Source: Eledone cirrhosa (taxonomy: Eukaryota). From it: a DNA stretch of 64,000 nucleotides. The notes under the pieces are model-generated. The model ran no database searches, was not told the DNA's origin, and saw nothing but the letters and a program-made list of their open reading frames with translations. Positions 61,195-64,000 of this stretch are shown here, piece after piece. The DNA is taken from NCBI GenBank assembly GCA_964016885.1, contig OZ024741.1, positions 303,242,001 to 303,306,000 on the forward strand, read 5' to 3'. The stretch's first letter is position 1. Every line of letters begins with the position of its first letter. The translations under genes were made by a program, and so were the position numbers.

Positions 61195-61269
61195 TTGTGA
61201 TATACCGTCTAGACTGGGAGTGTAGAGTCTGTTGCTCCCTCCCCCTTATTTTCATTATTTAATTATTTC

Positions 61270-61470
61270 TTGGCAATATCAGTAAAGCGAATTGGCAATA
61301 TCAGTAAAGCGTCAGACACCATGTTTTGCAGCATAGAGTTATGGCCCTTTGCGTTCTGAGTTCAAATCCCCCTGAGGTTAACCTTGCCTTTCATCCTTAC
61401 GAGGTCGATAAAATAAAGCACCAGTAATGCACTGGGCTAATTCTGGCCTTGTGTCAAAAGTAGAAACAAT
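61270..61470 (+). mobile_element. SINE family A with a duplicated 20-bp head
   Basis: ttggcaatatcagtaaagcg at 61270 and 61292, followed by the standard body. Confidence 0.88.
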
Positions 61471-62147
61471 TTAATTATTTTTCTCTTTTTTATTACAAAT
61501 TATATAATTTAATTGAAATTTGTCGAATATAAATTTTCGTTTCAAAACACAGAATACAGTCAGGATAATCCCTGGTGAAGTACGCTAGAGCAGTCAGGAT
61601 AAGAACTCTACAATAGTCAGGATATCAGTTGGTTAAGTACACTAGTCTAGTGCACTCAAGGTAATATTTGTCTAAGTACGCTGGCAGAGTCAGGATAACA
61701 TTTGGTTAAGGACGTTAGTTTACTTGCTGGTCATCAGCTCAATCCCTGGTTAGTATATCCACATATACAAGCAAGCGGACTAACAAGTTAAAAAAAAATT
61801 AATACGACCATACTCTGGGCATGGTGAACGGAAGGAGAGTATAGGGCCTACTTCGAAATTCTGAAAATATTGATTATAACAACCTCGATGAATCTGGTAA
61901 TATATAGGTACACTTGTGTGTGTGTGTGTGGAAGGTGACTATAAACATTGGCGTGAAAAGCGAAAAGCCGATGTTTTCTAAGAAAACTCCTTCCAATACT
62001 TGTTCCACACCGAATTGACGCTTGACTGGGAAATGCAGTGTGCCTGTGATTTGGCCCGTTGGAAACTGGTAATTAGCTTGTAAACCCTATTGTAATAAAT
62101 AATTAGAAATATCTGGGTGGGAATCAACATAGCAGCAAGAATATTAC

Positions 62148-62362
62148 TTAACTCTTAACGTCCTGTAATGATTTAGAAAATATTGAAAAGTGGATTTATT
62201 TGTTCAAATGTTTATAGACTCTTTACTAGTGAACAGATTGTATGTAAACTAAAATTTGCTGTAAACTAAAGTAAAATATTTTAATTTTGAATGTGATGCT
62301 GTCATAGTGCTGTTTTGTACTTGTTAATAAAGTTCCATGTGACACAGGACGTTAAAAGTCTA
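62148..62362. mobile_element. Possible piggyBac-like MITE
   Basis: ttaa-ctcttaacgtcctgt / acaggacgttaaaag inverted termini. Confidence 0.5.
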
Positions 62363-63466
62363 TTATAATTTTCAAAAATCAAAAGCAACATTAATCGTTA
62401 TACTCTCTCTCCTTGAATTATGTTCTCTCTGTCTGGCCCATTCCCCCTTCTCACTAGCTCCTTGCATTTTAGTGGCTTATTGGTTTGGTTGGGATGAGTA
62501 AATTAAAAATAAAAAAATCAAAAAATCAAATACAATTTCTTTTTTCTTTCGGTGCTTTTCCACGCCTTTTTCTTTTAATTTATTTTTATTTTTATTTTTT
62601 GGTTAATTATTAAAAAAGTTTGTTTACAATAAATATGTACTCCTCACCAACATCGACCACCACAACTACCACAAAACAAACAAACAAAAGAAAAACAAAA
62701 CAACAACAACAGCGACAACTTTATTATCCGAATGAGAAATTTAATTGATAGCTATTTGTAAGGGCATTATTGGATTGGAATGAAAGAAAAAGAGAGAAAA
62801 CAATTAAATAATGAAATTAAACGAAAGAGGGTGGTAGTAGACTCGACACATCGGTTTAGGTGGAATATCTCAGCTATAACCGAGGACACAATGGCGAAAA
62901 CATTGCTTTGGTGAACGACCGTTTAAAACCCGTGTAGGTGTTCTGCCACACCTTGATGTTTTTAATATTCTTCAGCTGTCCAAATTGTGGTGCATGGCTT
63001 AATGTCAGGAATTATTTTCAGTTGCTCAGACTTTCACCGCGGCACTCCTTAATGGCACCCTATGAATTGAATCGTCAAAATCTTTTAAATGACAAGTGGT
63101 TGTTTATTGTCTGGTCTTAGTGTATTCTATAGAATTTGCAGGTGGTTAAATCAAAAGTATGACGGTTGAGGGCAACGAGTTCGTGTTCATTCAGCGGAGT
63201 TGCACTAAGATCTCTCTTTCCTTCTTTCATTCTCTCTCGCTCTCTCTCTCTCTCTATATATATATATAGATATATATATATAGATATATATATATATATA
63301 TATAGATAGATATATATAGATATATATATATATCTATATATATAGAATATATATATAAAGATATATATAGATATATATATATATATATATATAGATATAT
63401 GTGTAGATTTATATATATATATAGATATATATATATCTATATATCTATAGATATATAGATAGATAT

Positions 63467-63505
<39 letters not shown>

Positions 63506-63562
63506 TATAGATATATATAGATATATATATATATATAAATAGATATATATATATATTATATA

Positions 63563-63680
63563 TATTGTTATACTTTGGGAGGGTCATGTTGCCAACATGA
63601 CCCTCCCAAAGTATAACAATATCGGTTTCAACACACGATTTCAGATAAAGAATCTTGCTAAACAAATTCAGAAACGAAAT
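63563..63680. repeat. Perfect 59-bp palindrome (centre 63592) plus tail; same element as 18010-18100
   Basis: tattgttatactttgggagggtcatgttg C caacatgaccctcccaaagtataacaata then tcggtttcaacacacgatttcagataaag. Confidence 0.95.
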
Positions 63681-63759
63681 ATATTATATATAGATATATA
63701 TATATATTTATATATATATATATAGATATATATATATAGATAGATAAATATATATAGAG

Positions 63760-63796
<37 letters not shown>

Positions 63797-64000
63797 TATA
63801 TAGATATATATATATAGATAGATATATATATAGAGATATATAGATATAGATAGATAATATATAGATATAGATATAGATAGATATAGATATATATATAGAT
63901 ATATATATAGATATATATGATATATAGATATGTTTCTTTTATTTGCCACCAGGGCATCAAAAGTGGGACAAGTACAATGGGGGGAGTTTACAAAACAAGG

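Noticed and set aside
62830-63210. Possible transposase remnant on the minus strand (IKECRGES)
   Set aside because: Only a short motif resemblance with many stops; cannot be supported without BLASTx

Overview
Eukaryotic, extremely AT-rich genomic DNA. The SINE families and microsatellite load point to an octopod cephalopod (inference). About 1-35.2 kb is an interrupted (TA)n/(TACA)n microsatellite sea with a 200-N scaffold gap (29807-30006). Nearly all the long 'YIYI' ORFs are artefacts of stop-free dinucleotide repeats. The only clear host gene is exon 1 of a scleraxis/paraxis (TCF15-like) bHLH factor on the minus strand (45111-44446), ending at a GT donor just after the CTFCLS motif. Mobile content includes a decayed CR1-group LINE (23876-26376) plus two 3' fragments, an RTE 3' tip, three tandem RTE-derived internally deleted units (18369-21250), CRE-like (RLE) retrotransposon remnants (58.4-61.3 kb), about 20 tRNA-SINE copies of several families, Tc1/mariner- and piggyBac-like MITEs, and a 5S rRNA fragment. 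The most unusual signal is a dense set of more than a dozen minimal type-I hammerhead ribozyme motifs (intact, degenerate or half) in short non-coding Penelope-like modules next to (TA)n tracts. Many sit in fold-back arrangement, including a ~365-bp near-perfect palindrome with an intact-core hammerhead on each arm (32776-33142) and a U3-A8 core variant (8359-8396). All calls were made by eye; no searches were run.
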